Origin: Mobula hypostoma
Taxonomy: Eukaryota
Direction of reading: 5' to 3'
DNA: 64,000 nt
Assembly: GCF_963921235.1 (NCBI RefSeq)
Contig: NC_086097.1
Location: 70,062,001-70,126,000 of the forward strand
Both the position numbers and the translations under genes were made by a program. Every line of letters begins with the position of its first letter. Position 1 is the first letter of the stretch. The notes under the pieces are model-generated. The model worked only from the letters and a program-made list of their open reading frames with translations, was not told where the DNA came from and made no database searches. Of this stretch, positions 11,664 through 24,419 are shown one piece after another.

Positions 11664-12885
11664 GAGATGAACTTATTCGCCATATTTGTCTCTTACTCAC
11701 TTTCAGTGGTAATTAATTCATTTATTGTTCCTTGCAAGGGTTCCTTCCTATTCCAATTTTATCATTTCTGTCACATCTGCTCTGGAAATGCCTTCTTTCA
11801 CACCAGTGGTCTGGGTCTGATGCATCTTGTTCCCTTAATTGTAGTTTTTCCTCCACTCCAGTTGACCCTCTTCTATTTTCCATGCTCTGTCCTCACCACC
11901 TCTTCTTCCACCAAGAATAACATTAGCTCATAATAAAATGGATCAGCTCATGATAAAATGGTGGAGCAGACTTGATAGGCTGAATGGCCAACTTCTGCTC
12001 CTTTGTCTTATGGTCTTATTAGGATTCCACTTGTCTCCAGCAAGGCAGAACTCCTTTGCTCACAATGTAGTGACCATCCTGGTTAAGCACTGACCTTTTT
12101 AATCAGAACTCCGAGGTTAAGTATTCAAAAGGGTTTGCAAATATATTCTCTAAAGCTGTATCTCAATACATAGACTAGTGTTCCCTTTCATTTTATCTAT
12201 CCCACTTGTTCAGCCTCCTACGCTACTTCAATGAAGTTCAATATAAACTTATCGAATAATATCTCAGTTCTGACAGGCACATTACAGCTATCCAGACTTG
12301 ACACCACACCGAGTTCAAAGGTTTGAAATATTCAGCCATTCCAAACTTGATTTTTACATTTCTAGCTTTATATTCTCCCTCAAAGTAATTCCAGTTTACA
12401 TTTATCTCCTGCTTACAGCTCCCCCAAACAAAGCTTTTCAGTTGACATTGCCTGTCTCAGTAGGTCTATCCTGTCCTAAACCTTATCACAAAAAGTTCCT
12501 TTTGTTCTCTCCTCTTCTCTCCACTTTTTCTAATTATTTTATTATCTAATTTTCCTGCTTCTGATTATCAATCCAAAACATAAACTCTTCTTCTCTCTCC
12601 TGGATGTTGCCTTGCTTGTTAGGTATCATTGTGATATTTACTTTAATCCACCAGAAAAAAAGTGGCAGGGAAAGTGTGATAAAAGTTGTAATGTTACTGA
12701 AATGAACTGCAACCTGATGCAAAAGTTCGTATTTGTCAATATGAAGTTCTTCAGAATAACAAATCTTCTATTCAAAGTGTAAGAATTCTCAATCAACACA
12801 CCTTCTTATACAAACTCAATGCACTCTGCCTCCATTGAGAAAAGACCAACTTGGCTGACAATTTAAGCTAATATATATTGCATAT

Positions 12886-14395
12886 ATAGAAACATAGAAA
12901 CATAGAAACATAGAAGATAGGTGCAGGAGTAGGCCATTCGGCCCTTCGAGCCTGCACCGCCATTTATTATGATCATGGCTGATCATCCAACTCAGAACCC
13001 CGCCCCAGCCTTCCCTCCATACCCCCTGACCCCCCGTAGCCACAAGGGCCATATCTAACTCCCTCTTAAATATAGCCAATGAACTGGCCTCAACAGTTTC
13101 CTGTGGCAGAGAATTCCACAGATTCACCACTCTCTGTGTGAAGAAGTTTTTCCTAATCTCGGTCCTAAAAGGCATCCCCTCTATCCTCAAACTGTGACCC
13201 CTCGTTCTGGACTTCCCCAACATCGGGAACAATCTTCCAGCATCTAGCCTGTCCAATCCCTTTAGGATCTTATACGTTTCAATCAGATCCCCCCTCAATC
13301 TTCTAAATTCCAACGAGTACAAGCCCAATTCATCCAGTCTTTCTTCATATGAAAGACCTGCCATCCCAGGAATCAATCTGGTGAACCTTCTTTGTACTCC
13401 CTCTATGGCAAAGATGTCTTTCCTCAGATTAGGGGACCAAAACTGCACACAATACTCCAGGTGTGGTCTCACCAAGGCCTTGTACAACTGCAGTAGTACC
13501 TCCCTGCTCCTGTACTCGAATCCTCTCGCTATAAATGCCAGCATACCATTCGCCTTTTTCACCGCCTGCTGTACCTGCATGCCCACTTTCAATGACTGGT
13601 GTATAATGACACCCAGGTCTCGTTGCACCTCCCCTTTTCCTAATCGGCCACCATTCAGATAATAATCTGTTTTCCTATTTTTGCCACCAAAGTGGATAAC
13701 TTCACATTTATCCACATTAAATTGCATCTGCCATGAATTTGCCCACTCACCCAACCTATCCAAGTCACCCTGCATCCTCTTAGCATCCTCCTCACTGCTA
13801 ACACTGCCACCCAGCTTCGTGTCATCCGCAAACTTGGAGATGCTGCATTTAATTCCCTCATCCAAGTCATTAATATATATTGTAAACAACTGGGGTCCCA
13901 GCACTGAGCCTTGCGGTACCCCACTAGTCACCCCCTGCCATTCTGAAAAGGTCCCGTTTATTCCCACTCTTTGCTTCCTGTCTGCTAACCAATTCTCCAC
14001 CCACACCAATACCTTACCCCCAATACCGTGTGCTTTAAGTTTGCACACTAATCTCCTGTGTGGGACCTTGTCAAAAGCCTTTTGAAAATCCAAATATACC
14101 ACATCCACTGGTTCTCCCCTATCCACTCTACTAGTTACATCCTCAAAAAATTCTACGAGATTCGTCAGACATGATTTTCCTTTCACAAATCCATGCTGAC
14201 TTTGTCCGATCATTTCACCGCTTTCCAAATGTGCTGTTATCACATCCTTGATAACTGACTCCAGCAGTTTCCCCACCACTGACGTTAGGCTAACCGGTCT
14301 ATAGTTCCCCGGTTTCTCTCTCCCTCCTTTTTTAAAAAGTGGGGTTACATTAGCCACCCTCCAATCCTCAGGAACTAGTCCAGAATCTAACGAGT
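12886..14395 (-). mobile_element. Young 5'-truncated CR1 LINE with an uninterrupted RT reading frame
   Basis: ORF 12816..14357 with NYRPVSLTS, YLDFQKAFDKVPH, SGVPQGSVLGP and FADD; (tttctatg)n tail at ~12886-12913. Confidence 0.95.
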
Positions 14396-15057
14396 CTGCA
14401 TTCCATTAATATGAATGAGAATTGGCAATTGGCTGTACAACAGAAGCTATTTTGGCATTTAAAACAATGCTGAATTTCAACACAGGCCGAGGTTTGAGCT
14501 CTGGCAGGATTTATATACATTTCATCCAAATGAGCTACTTGCATAGCACAATTGAAACTATTCCAGGTTATATATGTGTATTTAGTGAAATTACTGTACC
14601 ATTTTATCTGGTGGTTAAGCAGTTTCCCCTCAATTTAGCTTACAGAAATTTGAAAACTATTGACTACTTTAAGCATAGAATCTCTGAGGTTAAGCATTTT
14701 GGATGTTAATAAATGTATTTTCAGAAGTCTTATATATATATATACATACACACACAAAGGCTGGTGTCATTATAAGCAAAACACTTGATCTCACTGCTGC
14801 AGGCTACACATATTATTGCAGAGCTATTTATTTATTATTGTCAACTTTTCTATGAAGAAGTATGAAATATGTTCAAATTTCTTACTGACCAAAATCAATG
14901 ATTCCATGATCTGTCTGCAATTCTTTCCATATAGATCGGTGTTTCTGTAAGTGACCTTTTTTTGTGCTTTTCCATATGAGGAATGGCATTCGTTCCACCT
15001 TGCCACCAGAGGAATATCCACGTTGGCTACAGCACATGCAAGGGATTACTGTGACTG

Positions 15058-15663
15058 TGATCGGAGTCACCGAAGAGACACTGAAGCCAGTGACACACAT
15101 TAGTCTTTATTCATCACGACAAGCAGGCATTCTACTGGAGACCCTCTCAGTAGAGTCTCACAAACCTAAAAGTGCATCAAATTTTATACCCTTGAGATCA
15201 AAGCTAACACCAGATCATTCAATACAATACAATTTCAATAATTACAATGCCATCATTTACTGCAAAATTTTGGGTTGACAATCCTTCTTAAAATTACCTC
15301 TGAAAGTTTAAACACCCCTGTTGGGACCAACTAATTGACCCAAATATTCTAACAACTTCTGACGACTGAGAGCTAGATGCCCAAGATTAGTGCCTGTGTG
15401 AGCAAACTCTGTGAGCACACAGTAGATTGGCTATTCATTGCAACTATACCTGTTGGATATGCTGTGACATCAGCCTGGTCAGCCAGCTTGAACTCAAGTC
15501 ACAATGGTGCAAATAACTTAGCCATGTTGCCTGCTTAGATGCAAGTCAACTAATATAATCCGATTGTCTTAATATTTAGCTGATCTACTGTATATGCAAA
15601 CATCTCATGGACACCATTTTGCAAAACATATCTCTTAGTCTATGGGCTAGCCAGTGTTCCACA
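15058..15663 (-). mobile_element. Probable solo LTR (ERV-like)
   Basis: TG...CA termini; flanks gactg/gacag (5-bp TSD, 1 mismatch); on minus, TATAAAA at 15188-15182 followed by AATAAA at 15111-15106 near the 3' end. Confidence 0.55.
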
Positions 15664-15903
15664 GACAGTGGAGAGGTATGCTTTTAACTTCAAATTATTG
15701 CTTGCAATTTACAATCACATTAAGAACTGAGGACAGATTATTGTTTGAATTAATATCTGCTATATTCACACAACTCTAGAATACTCCTTAACAGAATGTT
15801 AAAGTCTTGCAACACAAGGCACATGTCTTTGAACATAAAAGGACATTTGAACAGAATTAGAATCAAATTTATTATCACTAACATATTTTGTGAAATATAT
15901 ATA

Positions 15904-17526
15904 CAGTAATATGCAAAAGTTTGGGCACCCCTGGTCAAAATTTCTGTTACTGCGAATAGCTAAGCGAGTAAAAGATGAACTGATTTCCAAAAGGCATAAA
16001 ATTAAAGATGAAACATTTCTTTAATATTTTAAGCAAGAAAACATTTTTATTTCCATCTTTTACACTTTCAAAATAACAAAAAAGGAAAAGGGCCGGAAGC
16101 AAAAGTTTGGGCACCCTTCATGGCAGTACTTAGTAACATCCCCTTTGGCAAGTATCACAGCTGGTAAACACTTTTTGTAGCCAGCTAAGAGTCTTTCAAT
16201 TCTTGCTTGGGGGATTTTCACCCATCCTTCCTTGCAAAAGGCTTCTAGTTCTGTGAGATTCTTGGGCCATCTTGCATGCACTGCTCTTTTGAGGTCTATC
16301 CACAGATTCTCGATGATGATTAGGTCAGGGGACTGTGAGGGCCATGGCAAAACCTTCAGCTTGCACCTCTTGAGGTAGTCCACTGTGGATTTTGAGATGT
16401 GTTTAGGATCATTATCCTGTTGTAGAAGCCATCATCTTTTCATCTTCAGCTTTTTTACAGACGGTGTGATGTTTGCTTCCAGAATTTGCTGGTACTTAAT
16501 AGAATTCATTCTTTCCTCTACCAGTAAATGTTCCCCATACCACTGGCTGCAACACAAGCCCAAAGCATGATCGACCCACCCCCGTGCTTAACAGTTGGAG
16601 AGGGGTTCTTTTCATGAAATTCTGCACCCTTTTCTCTCCAAACATACCTTTGCTCATTGTGGCCAAAAAGTTCTATTCAAAAGGTTCAACGTAACATCTA
16701 AACAAGCCTGATGCATTTTGGAAACAAGTTCTGTGGACTGATGAAGTTGAAATAGAACTTTTTGGCCGCAATGAGCAAAGGTACATTTGGAGAAAAAAGG
16801 GTGCAGAATTTCATGAAAAGAACCCCTCTCCAACTGTTAAGCACGGGGGTGGATCGATCATGCTTTGGGTTTGTGTCGCAGCCAATGGCACGAGGAACAT
16901 TTACTGGTAGAGGGAAGAATGAATTCAATTAAATACCAGCAAATTCTGGAAGCAAACATCACACTGTCTGTAAAAAAGCTGAAGTTGAAAAGAGGATGGC
17001 TTCTACAACAGGATAATGATCCTCAACACATCTCAAAATCCACAATGGACTACCTCAAGAGGCTCAAGCTGAAGGTTTTGCCATGGCCCTCACAGTCCCC
17101 TGACCTGAACATCATCGAGAATCTGTGGATAGACCTTATAAGAGCAGAGCATGCAAGACGGCCCAAGAATCTCACAGAACTAGAAGCCTTTTGCAAAGAA
17201 GAATGGGTGAAAATCCCCCAAACAAGAATTGAAAGACTCTTAGCTGGCTGCAAAAAGTGTTTACAAGCTGTGATACTTGCCAAAGGGGGTGTTACTAAGT
17301 ACTGCCATGCAGGGTGCCCAAATTTTTGCTTCGGGCCCTTTTTCTTTTTTGTTATTTTGAAACTGTAAAAGATAGCAATAAAAAAGTTTTCTTGCTTAAA
17401 ATATTAAAAGAATGTGTCATTTTTAACATTTTATGCCTTTTGGAAATCAGTTCATCTTTTACTCGCTTAGCTATTCACAGTAACAGAAATTTTGACCAGG
17501 GGTGCCCAAACTTTTGCATGCCACTG
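15904..17526. mobile_element. Palindromic non-autonomous Tc1 derivative made of two inverted 3' halves
   Basis: TA flanks; ends CAGT..ATGCAAAAGTTTGGGCACCC with an inner direct repeat; transposase C-terminus (WPSQSPDL.IIENLW) on both strands (ORFs 16060..16383 - and 16865..17368 +). Confidence 0.92.
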
Positions 17527-17544
17527 TATATATATCTAAACACA

Positions 17545-19190
17545 CACACAAGATCAGAGCCATCAACACACTCGCCCTACCCCTCATCAGTTACTCAGCC
17601 ACAACAGTGTGCTGGCCAAGGATTGAACTGGAAACTGCTAGTGTCGAGACCCAGAAACTACTAACAACACGTGGAGGATTCTACCCAAAGTCCAATGTCA
17701 AACATCTGTACACCCACTGGAATAAAGGAGGACAGAGACTTGGAAGTGTCTTTCTTTCTTTTTAAATCTTTTTATTGAATAAGTATACAAAAAGGTAAGC
17801 CATATAGACACTAATACACTGTTAGAATATAATAACATTGCAGAAGATATTGATGCAAAAAAAAATACTACAAACAATGTAATTTAAACATAACATACCA
17901 AGGTAACATAATAGTATACTAATTTTATATATATATATATATCGATAGAAAAAAAGAAAAAAAAAACCCCCAAAAAAACCCACCGTGCAACTAACTAAAA
18001 GCAAAGCAAAGCAATGGGCTAACTTGAAACCAAACAGAGTTAAACTTAAAATCACGTCCTCAATCCCGACCTCCATTAAAAACAGTGAAAAAAAAAACAA
18101 GAAGGGTATATATTACATTAAATGAAAATATCGAATAAAAGATCCCCAAATCTGTTCAAATTTAAATGAAGAATCATAAAGGTTACTTCTAATTTTCTCC
18201 AGATTCAAACATAATATCGTCTGGGGGAAGTGTCAAAGCCACAGTTCTAGAAGAAAAATGAAACATTCACAAGTATTTCAGGAAGATGGCCCCTAATTAC
18301 GATCTGCCAAGAGAATACCTCAGACAGCAGGTGGGGAACATGGAAATTGAAGTGGGTGAAGCAGACCCAGAAGACCAGAGGTGATGGCAGTACAAGCCAC
18401 TGTACAGGATGTTTCACTACCAGATATCAGAGGTGGCCGACATAAGGAAGTCCTACCAAGGGCTGAGGGACAGACAGAGATGCAGCTCATGGCTGCACAA
18501 GAACAGGCACTGAGCACAAGAGTAATAGAAGCAGGGTCTATCACACCAGACAAGATCCAAGATGCAGACTGTACAAGGAACCTACTGAAACCTTCCAGCA
18601 GGGTGCAAGATGCAGCCAGGGACAGCATAGACCAAACGGCACAACCAAGTTGCAGGAATTGAGTACAGGAACATCTGCGCTGAGTATGGATTGGACACTC
18701 CCAAGTCCAAATGGGAAACACCTGAGAAGGTATTAGAGAATGACAGAGATAAGATCCTGTGGGACTTCCAAATACAGACTGATAAGCAGGTTGATGGTCA
18801 GCTATCCATAGTACAGTAATATTAGACAAGGAACAGAAGAAAGCAATCGTAATAGATGGGGCAATCCTGAATGACAGCAACATCAGGAAGAAAAAATGAG
18901 AGAAGCCGGAGAAATACCAGGGTTTGAAAGAGCAGATAGAAAGGATGTGGAAGGTTAAAGCCAGAGTAATCCTGGAGGTGATAGGAGCACTTGGAGCTGT
19001 AACACCTGGACCGGGAGAGTGGCTCCAACAAATCTTGGGAACAACATCTGAAATCTTGGTCCAGAAAAGCACACTACTAGGAACAGTGAGGATACTGTGC
19101 TGAATCCTCAAGCTCCCAGGCCTCTGGTACAGGACCCGAGATTAAGGGAAAATACACATACACACCACCCATAAGGGACGAGAGAAAAAT
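17545..19190 (+). mobile_element. Degenerate R4/Dong-clade non-LTR retrotransposon (restriction-like endonuclease), interrupted by an L1-like fragment
   Basis: Decayed frames read HNQVAGI.YRNICAEYGL...KILWDFQIQTDKQV...EKYQGLKEQIERMWKVK...IGALGAV...QKSTLLGTVRIL. Confidence 0.8.
17751..18225 (-). mobile_element. L1-like LINE 3' fragment
   Basis: ORF2 C-terminus LNLEKIR...FEQIWGSFIRYF*, then AATAAA and an A-rich tail; 9-bp TSD ggaagtgtc at 17742-17750 and 18226-18234. Confidence 0.8.
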
Positions 19191-19257
19191 ACATAACTTA
19201 AATAAAGTGCAAAAAGAGAGCAAAATTTGTGAGGCAGTTTTCATGGGTTTATTGTCC

Positions 19258-20100
19258 ATTTAAAAATCTGATGGCAGAGGGCAAGAGATGTTCCTAAAAC
19301 ATTGAGTGAGTGTCTTCAGGCTCCTGTACCACTGTCTTGATAGTAGCAGTGAGAAGAGGGCATGTCCCGGGTGAGGGGCCCTTAATGATAGATACCACCT
19401 TTTTGAGGCCTCGCTTTTGAAGGTGCCCTCGATGCAGGGGAGGCTAGTATTCAAGTCAGACCTGGCTGAGTTTACAACCCTCTACAGCTTTTCCCAGTCC
19501 TGTGCGGTGGTGCCTCCATACCAAACGGTGATGGAATCAGTTAGAATGCTCTCCGCGGTACCCTGTAGAAATTTGCTAATCTTTGATCATGTACCAGGTC
19601 TCCTCAGACTCCTAATGCAATATAGCTGCTGGCATGCCTTCTACATGTTGATACTCAGAAACCTGAAACTACTCACTCTTTCCACTGCTGACACAACAAT
19701 GAGGATTGGTGCGTGTCCCCTCGACTTCCCCATTTTGAAGTTCACAATCTATTCCTTGGTCTTACTGATGTTGTGTGCTAGGTTGTTGTTGCGACACCAC
19801 TTAAATTGCTGATCTATCTCACTCCTATATGACTCGTCACCATCTGAGATTCTGCTAACAACAGCTGCCATCGGGGAATTTTTAGATAGCATTTATGCTG
19901 TGCCTGGCCACACAGTTCTGAGGGTACAGAGAGCAGAGCAGCAGGCTTGAGATGCGTCAGTGTTGATTGTCAGCAAGGTGGAGATTTTATTTCTGATTCA
20001 CATTGACGGTTGTCTCCCAATGAGGAAGTCAAGGATCCAGCTGCAGAGAGAGCTACAGATCCAGGTTTTGAAGTTTATTGATTAGTACTGAGGGAGGATG
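19258..20100 (-). mobile_element. Degenerate Rex1/Babar LINE 3' part
   Basis: Similar to the Rex1 copies at 33.8-37.2 kb (ctggatccttgacttcctc; HPGHALFSLL). Confidence 0.7.
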
Positions 20101-20199
20101 GCATTATGAATGTCTTAATCCACTTTCAGAGCAGCCTAATTCAGGTGCCAGTTTACTGCACTTGAATTCTATCTATCCTCTTAATTCCAATAAATCACA

Positions 20200-21335
20200 T
20201 TACTTTGTTTCTGCCTCATCTGTTCCAGGATTCCTATGACTCTGTTGTATCTGTTTCCAGGATGAAACTTTCCTTTCTGGAAAGAGACGTTCTCCTTCTT
20301 CAAAGAACGGGGCTCCCTTCTTCCACCATTGATGCTGCCCTCACCCGCATCTCCTCCATTTCCTGGACATCCACCCTCAACCCATAATTCTACTGCCTTT
20401 CTGCATCCAGCACATCATTCTCTGTAACTTCCACCATCTTCAACCGGATGCTACTACCAAACATATTTTTACCTCCCCCTACTCTCTGCTTTTTGCAGGG
20501 ATTGCTCTCTTTGTGATTCCCTTGTCCATCTGTCCCTCCCCACTAATCTCCTTCCTGGCACTTATCCCTGCAAGCAGGAGGGTGGTGCTACATGAGCTTA
20601 CTTACCTCCATTCAGGGCCCCAAACAGTCCTTCCAGATGAGTCCTTCACCTGCAAATCTGGTGGGGTCATCTACTGTATCCAGTGCTCTGGATGTGGCCT
20701 TTCCTACACTGGTGAGACCTAACAGAGTTTGGGGATTGCTTTATTTAGCACTTCCACTCCATCATATCAAGCATGATTTGCCAGTGGCCGACCATTTTAA
20801 TTCCAATCCCCACTCCAGTCTCAATATGTTGGTTCATGGCCTCCTCTACTGCCATGATGAGGCCACTCTCAGGCTGGAGAAGTAATACCTCATATTCCAT
20901 CAGGGTAGCCTCATGTTTCATGGTACGACATCAGTTTTTCTATTTTCCAGTAATTTTTCTCCCTCCCCCTTCCCTCTTTTTTCCACTCCCCACTCTGGCT
21001 TCCCTCTTACCTCCTCTCTTCACCTGCCTATTACCTCTCCCTGATGATCCTCCTCCTTGCCTTTCTCCCATGGTCCACTCTCCCCTCCTATCAGATTCCT
21101 TCTTTAGCCCTCTTTCCCCAATCACCTTCCAGCTTCTTACTTCATCTCCCCTCTTGCATCCACTTAGCTTCACCTATCACCTTCTAGCCTGTTCTCATTC
21201 CTCTCCCCCCACCTTCTTATTCAGGCTTCTTCCCCCTTCCTTTCCAGTCTCGAAGAAGAGTCTCAGCCTGAAATGCTGACTATTCCTTTCCATTGATGTT
21301 GCCTAACCTGCTGAGTTCCTCCAGTATTCTGTATG
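20200..21335 (+). mobile_element. Older degenerate Neptune-type Penelope element
   Basis: FTCKSGGVIYCIQCSGCGLSYTGET and HGLLYCHDEATLRLE; decayed hammerhead region at ~21246-21280. Confidence 0.8.
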
Positions 21336-22787
21336 TATCAAACATATTAATATTTTTGCATCAATTAGAATGAGTTGGGACTCTGACCAGGCCAGCAGGA
21401 TGAATAAAGTAAGACATTGTAAAGCTTATATGTGGAAAGTCAGATGGTTCCATGTATAAAACAATCAGATCTCCTTCTTGAACACTGCCTATCTGCCAGA
21501 ACACAACTGCTTGGCTTTTCATGTTCTCACTGGGGTTTTTCAGCTCACTGCCCACTGCTGCCAACTTTTGCTGCTTCAGTCTGGCCCACTGCTGTCTTAC
21601 TTCATTTTTTAAAAAATTTGATATGGTTTTGTTACTCAACCATGAACTTAAAAACCAATTTCAGAGCACTGACTTGCTGCAAAATCCATACCTCTTTTGT
21701 GCAAGTTCAAGGGAAGGACACTTCCAGATTGTCAGGGTCCTGTTTCACACAGCTGAGACTGAACTTTAAAAGAAAATGATTTTGCCAATCTAACTTGCCA
21801 GCTTCATTTTGTAAACAACTGACACTCACCTGAATTTTAATGCCAATGGGTAGTACTGGAGCAGAACAGAATTAACCAAAAGTGGAATAATTGATAACTT
21901 GAATATGTTTATAAAATTAAAAATGCATTGTGGCTCTTTTTAATGCATCATAAATATATTCTTTAAAACTATAGTTGTTCACTAATATTGCACTCTAATA
22001 TTTTATGCAAGTTCCCAATGTTTCAATAAAATAGTTCATTTGTTTGAGTGTTATGATGACCATATTCCGGTTATTATCTGATGAAACTGAACAAAAAACC
22101 AACAGATATTTAACATCTACTACCCCACTTCCTCACCCCAAAAGGAAAGGCAAAATATTTACTTTTGCACAATTCTGCTTCCTATACAGAGAAACGCTGT
22201 GTACAATGGGACATTTTCTAGAATAACTCAGCTTATAAGCAATCCTTAAACATCCTTGATGTATCAAAATGTTAAATACCACAAGTAGTGCCTGACCCAT
22301 GATCAAATGATTAGCTAACTGGAGTGACCAGTTTTTATTCTTGTGTGCTTTCATAGCACGTCCTTCAGAAGATAGTGAATTCGCTTAGGTGCCCTCTCCT
22401 GATCTAGATCATGAAACCTGTCTCATCCTATTGGGCAATAATTGAAAAAGCTCTATCAATCCCCAGGTTGAGATTCATATACATACCTCCAGCAGCGCTT
22501 AATGTGGTGATGTCGGGAAGTCTTCCAAAACAGCTGGGCCTCTGCCTCTGAGCAAAGTTAGACAAAGGCTGGGAAAATGAATAATGTGGAGATATGGGAT
22601 CCAGGACACTACCAATTTTAAACCTGGTAAGTAAATAGGTTGCAACTTGAAGGTTTACAATTATGTTTCTTAAATATATGATGAAATCAAGATAACTGGC
22701 TATGCTTTTGTTTGAGAATGATTGCCTTTCGGTGGGTACAGCTGAGCACACTGGAATATTGCAAACATTTAAATGTTTAGAAACGCT

Positions 22788-23260
22788 AACACGAGGAAAT
22801 CTGTAGATGCTGGAAAGTCAAGCAATACACACAAAAAATGCTGGTGAACGCAGCAGGCCAGACAGCAACTATAGGAAGAGGTACAGTCGATGTTTCCGGC
22901 CGAGACCCTTCATCAGGACTAACTGAAAGAAGAGATGGTAAGAGATTTGAAAGTGGGAGAGGGAGGGGGAGATCCGTCCCCTTTCTTTCTCCCTAGGCCT
23001 CCCATCTCATGATCCTCTCCCTTCTCCAGCCTCATATCCCTTTTGCCAATCAACTTTCCAGCTCTTAGCTCCATCCCTCCCCCTCCTGTCTTCTCCTATC
23101 ATTTTGGATCTCCCCCTCCCACTTCCACTTTCAAATCTCTTACCATCTCGTCTTTCAGTTAGTCCTGATGAAGGGTCTCGGCCCGAAACATCGACTGTAC
23201 CTCTTCCTATAGGTGCTGCCTGGCCTGCCGCGTTCACTAGCGTTTTTTGTGTGTGCTATT
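22788..23260. mobile_element. Non-coding Penelope insertion made of two inverted pLTR ends
   Basis: 22788-22976 is the reverse complement of the Penelope 3' end and 22977-23260 is the forward 3' end; aaatgtttag is repeated at 22771-22780 and 23262-23271. Confidence 0.88.
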
Positions 23261-24419
23261 GAAATGTTTAGCTTCACTAAGATCTTGTTTGGATTTTGAT
23301 GGAAAAATTATGAAATCACTAAACTAGTACATCGCTATATCACCCACATTTATATTGAAAATGTCACAGAAGGTAAGGTTTTGGAAGCTCTGAAGATCAC
23401 AACTTCATTTGGGCTCTAAACTCAGCAAGAGTCAGACTGAAGGTAAAAATGTTGGAAACAGAAACATGGTTTTCAAAATCAAACTCATGATTTCAGAAGA
23501 TTTATTCATTTCTCAAATGTTAGAAATATTATTCAATTAAAGTTTGCATAAACTTGAACTGATTCGAACCAGCAGCTAACTCCAATAAGAATGGCAGTTA
23601 TCTATAACAAATGCAACTGTAAGTTTTATGAATTTTCAGGCAAATGAGTCTCCTTGCTTTTCATTAGCTATTTGTTTAAAATTATGTGGAAGATATATTT
23701 TTCATTATGTTTAACATTGTGAATACAAAATCTAGGAATATATTTGAGAACAAAATTGGTTTAGAACAAATGAAAAATTGAGTCAGAAGTGTTTGAGAGT
23801 TCACGAAGGATAACAATTGTGAAAATATATTTGAATTCACCAAGCTTTCTATGTCACTATAATTTATGTTCTTCGTGTTCCACTGGCTATCGTAAATTGA
23901 TATTTGAGTTTTTGATGACCTCAACTGGAGTATTATGCACAATTGTGGTCATCTGATTCTACGATTCTGTGCTCCATTAGGCTAAGGATAGTCATTATCA
24001 ATGGCTTAAGTGCAACGTAATGCTTCTTTAGGATCTCATACATGTACAGACTGGTAACAGAACAATATGGACCATTTCATGCATCATTTCTGCACCCTCT
24101 CTGTGCCAGAGCCTCTCAAAGTCCAACCCTACATCCCCGTTGTGGGAGATGGAAATGGGCAAGGCCAGCCAACAGGACTCTGGTGAAGCTATATAGGCCA
24201 ATCCTCTGTATAGTGGATGCAATGGATTGCAGGAGCTTTGTAAACTCCAACCATCTCATTGACTTCAGAGAATGATGGAAATTGGAGGTCACCAATGGCC
24301 TGTGCTCACTAGGAGCAAAGGGCCCAAGCCCTCTGTACTAGAGCAACACTCAAGTTTCACTCACTGACTCTATGTAGCTTTGCAATTTTACATACCACAA
24401 ATTTAGCACATTTCCTCAA

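Noticed and set aside
22491..22632. Plus-strand exon candidate ending in ctg|gtaagt
   Set aside because: Stops occur in all three frames; the signal is the mirror image of the minus-strand acceptor.
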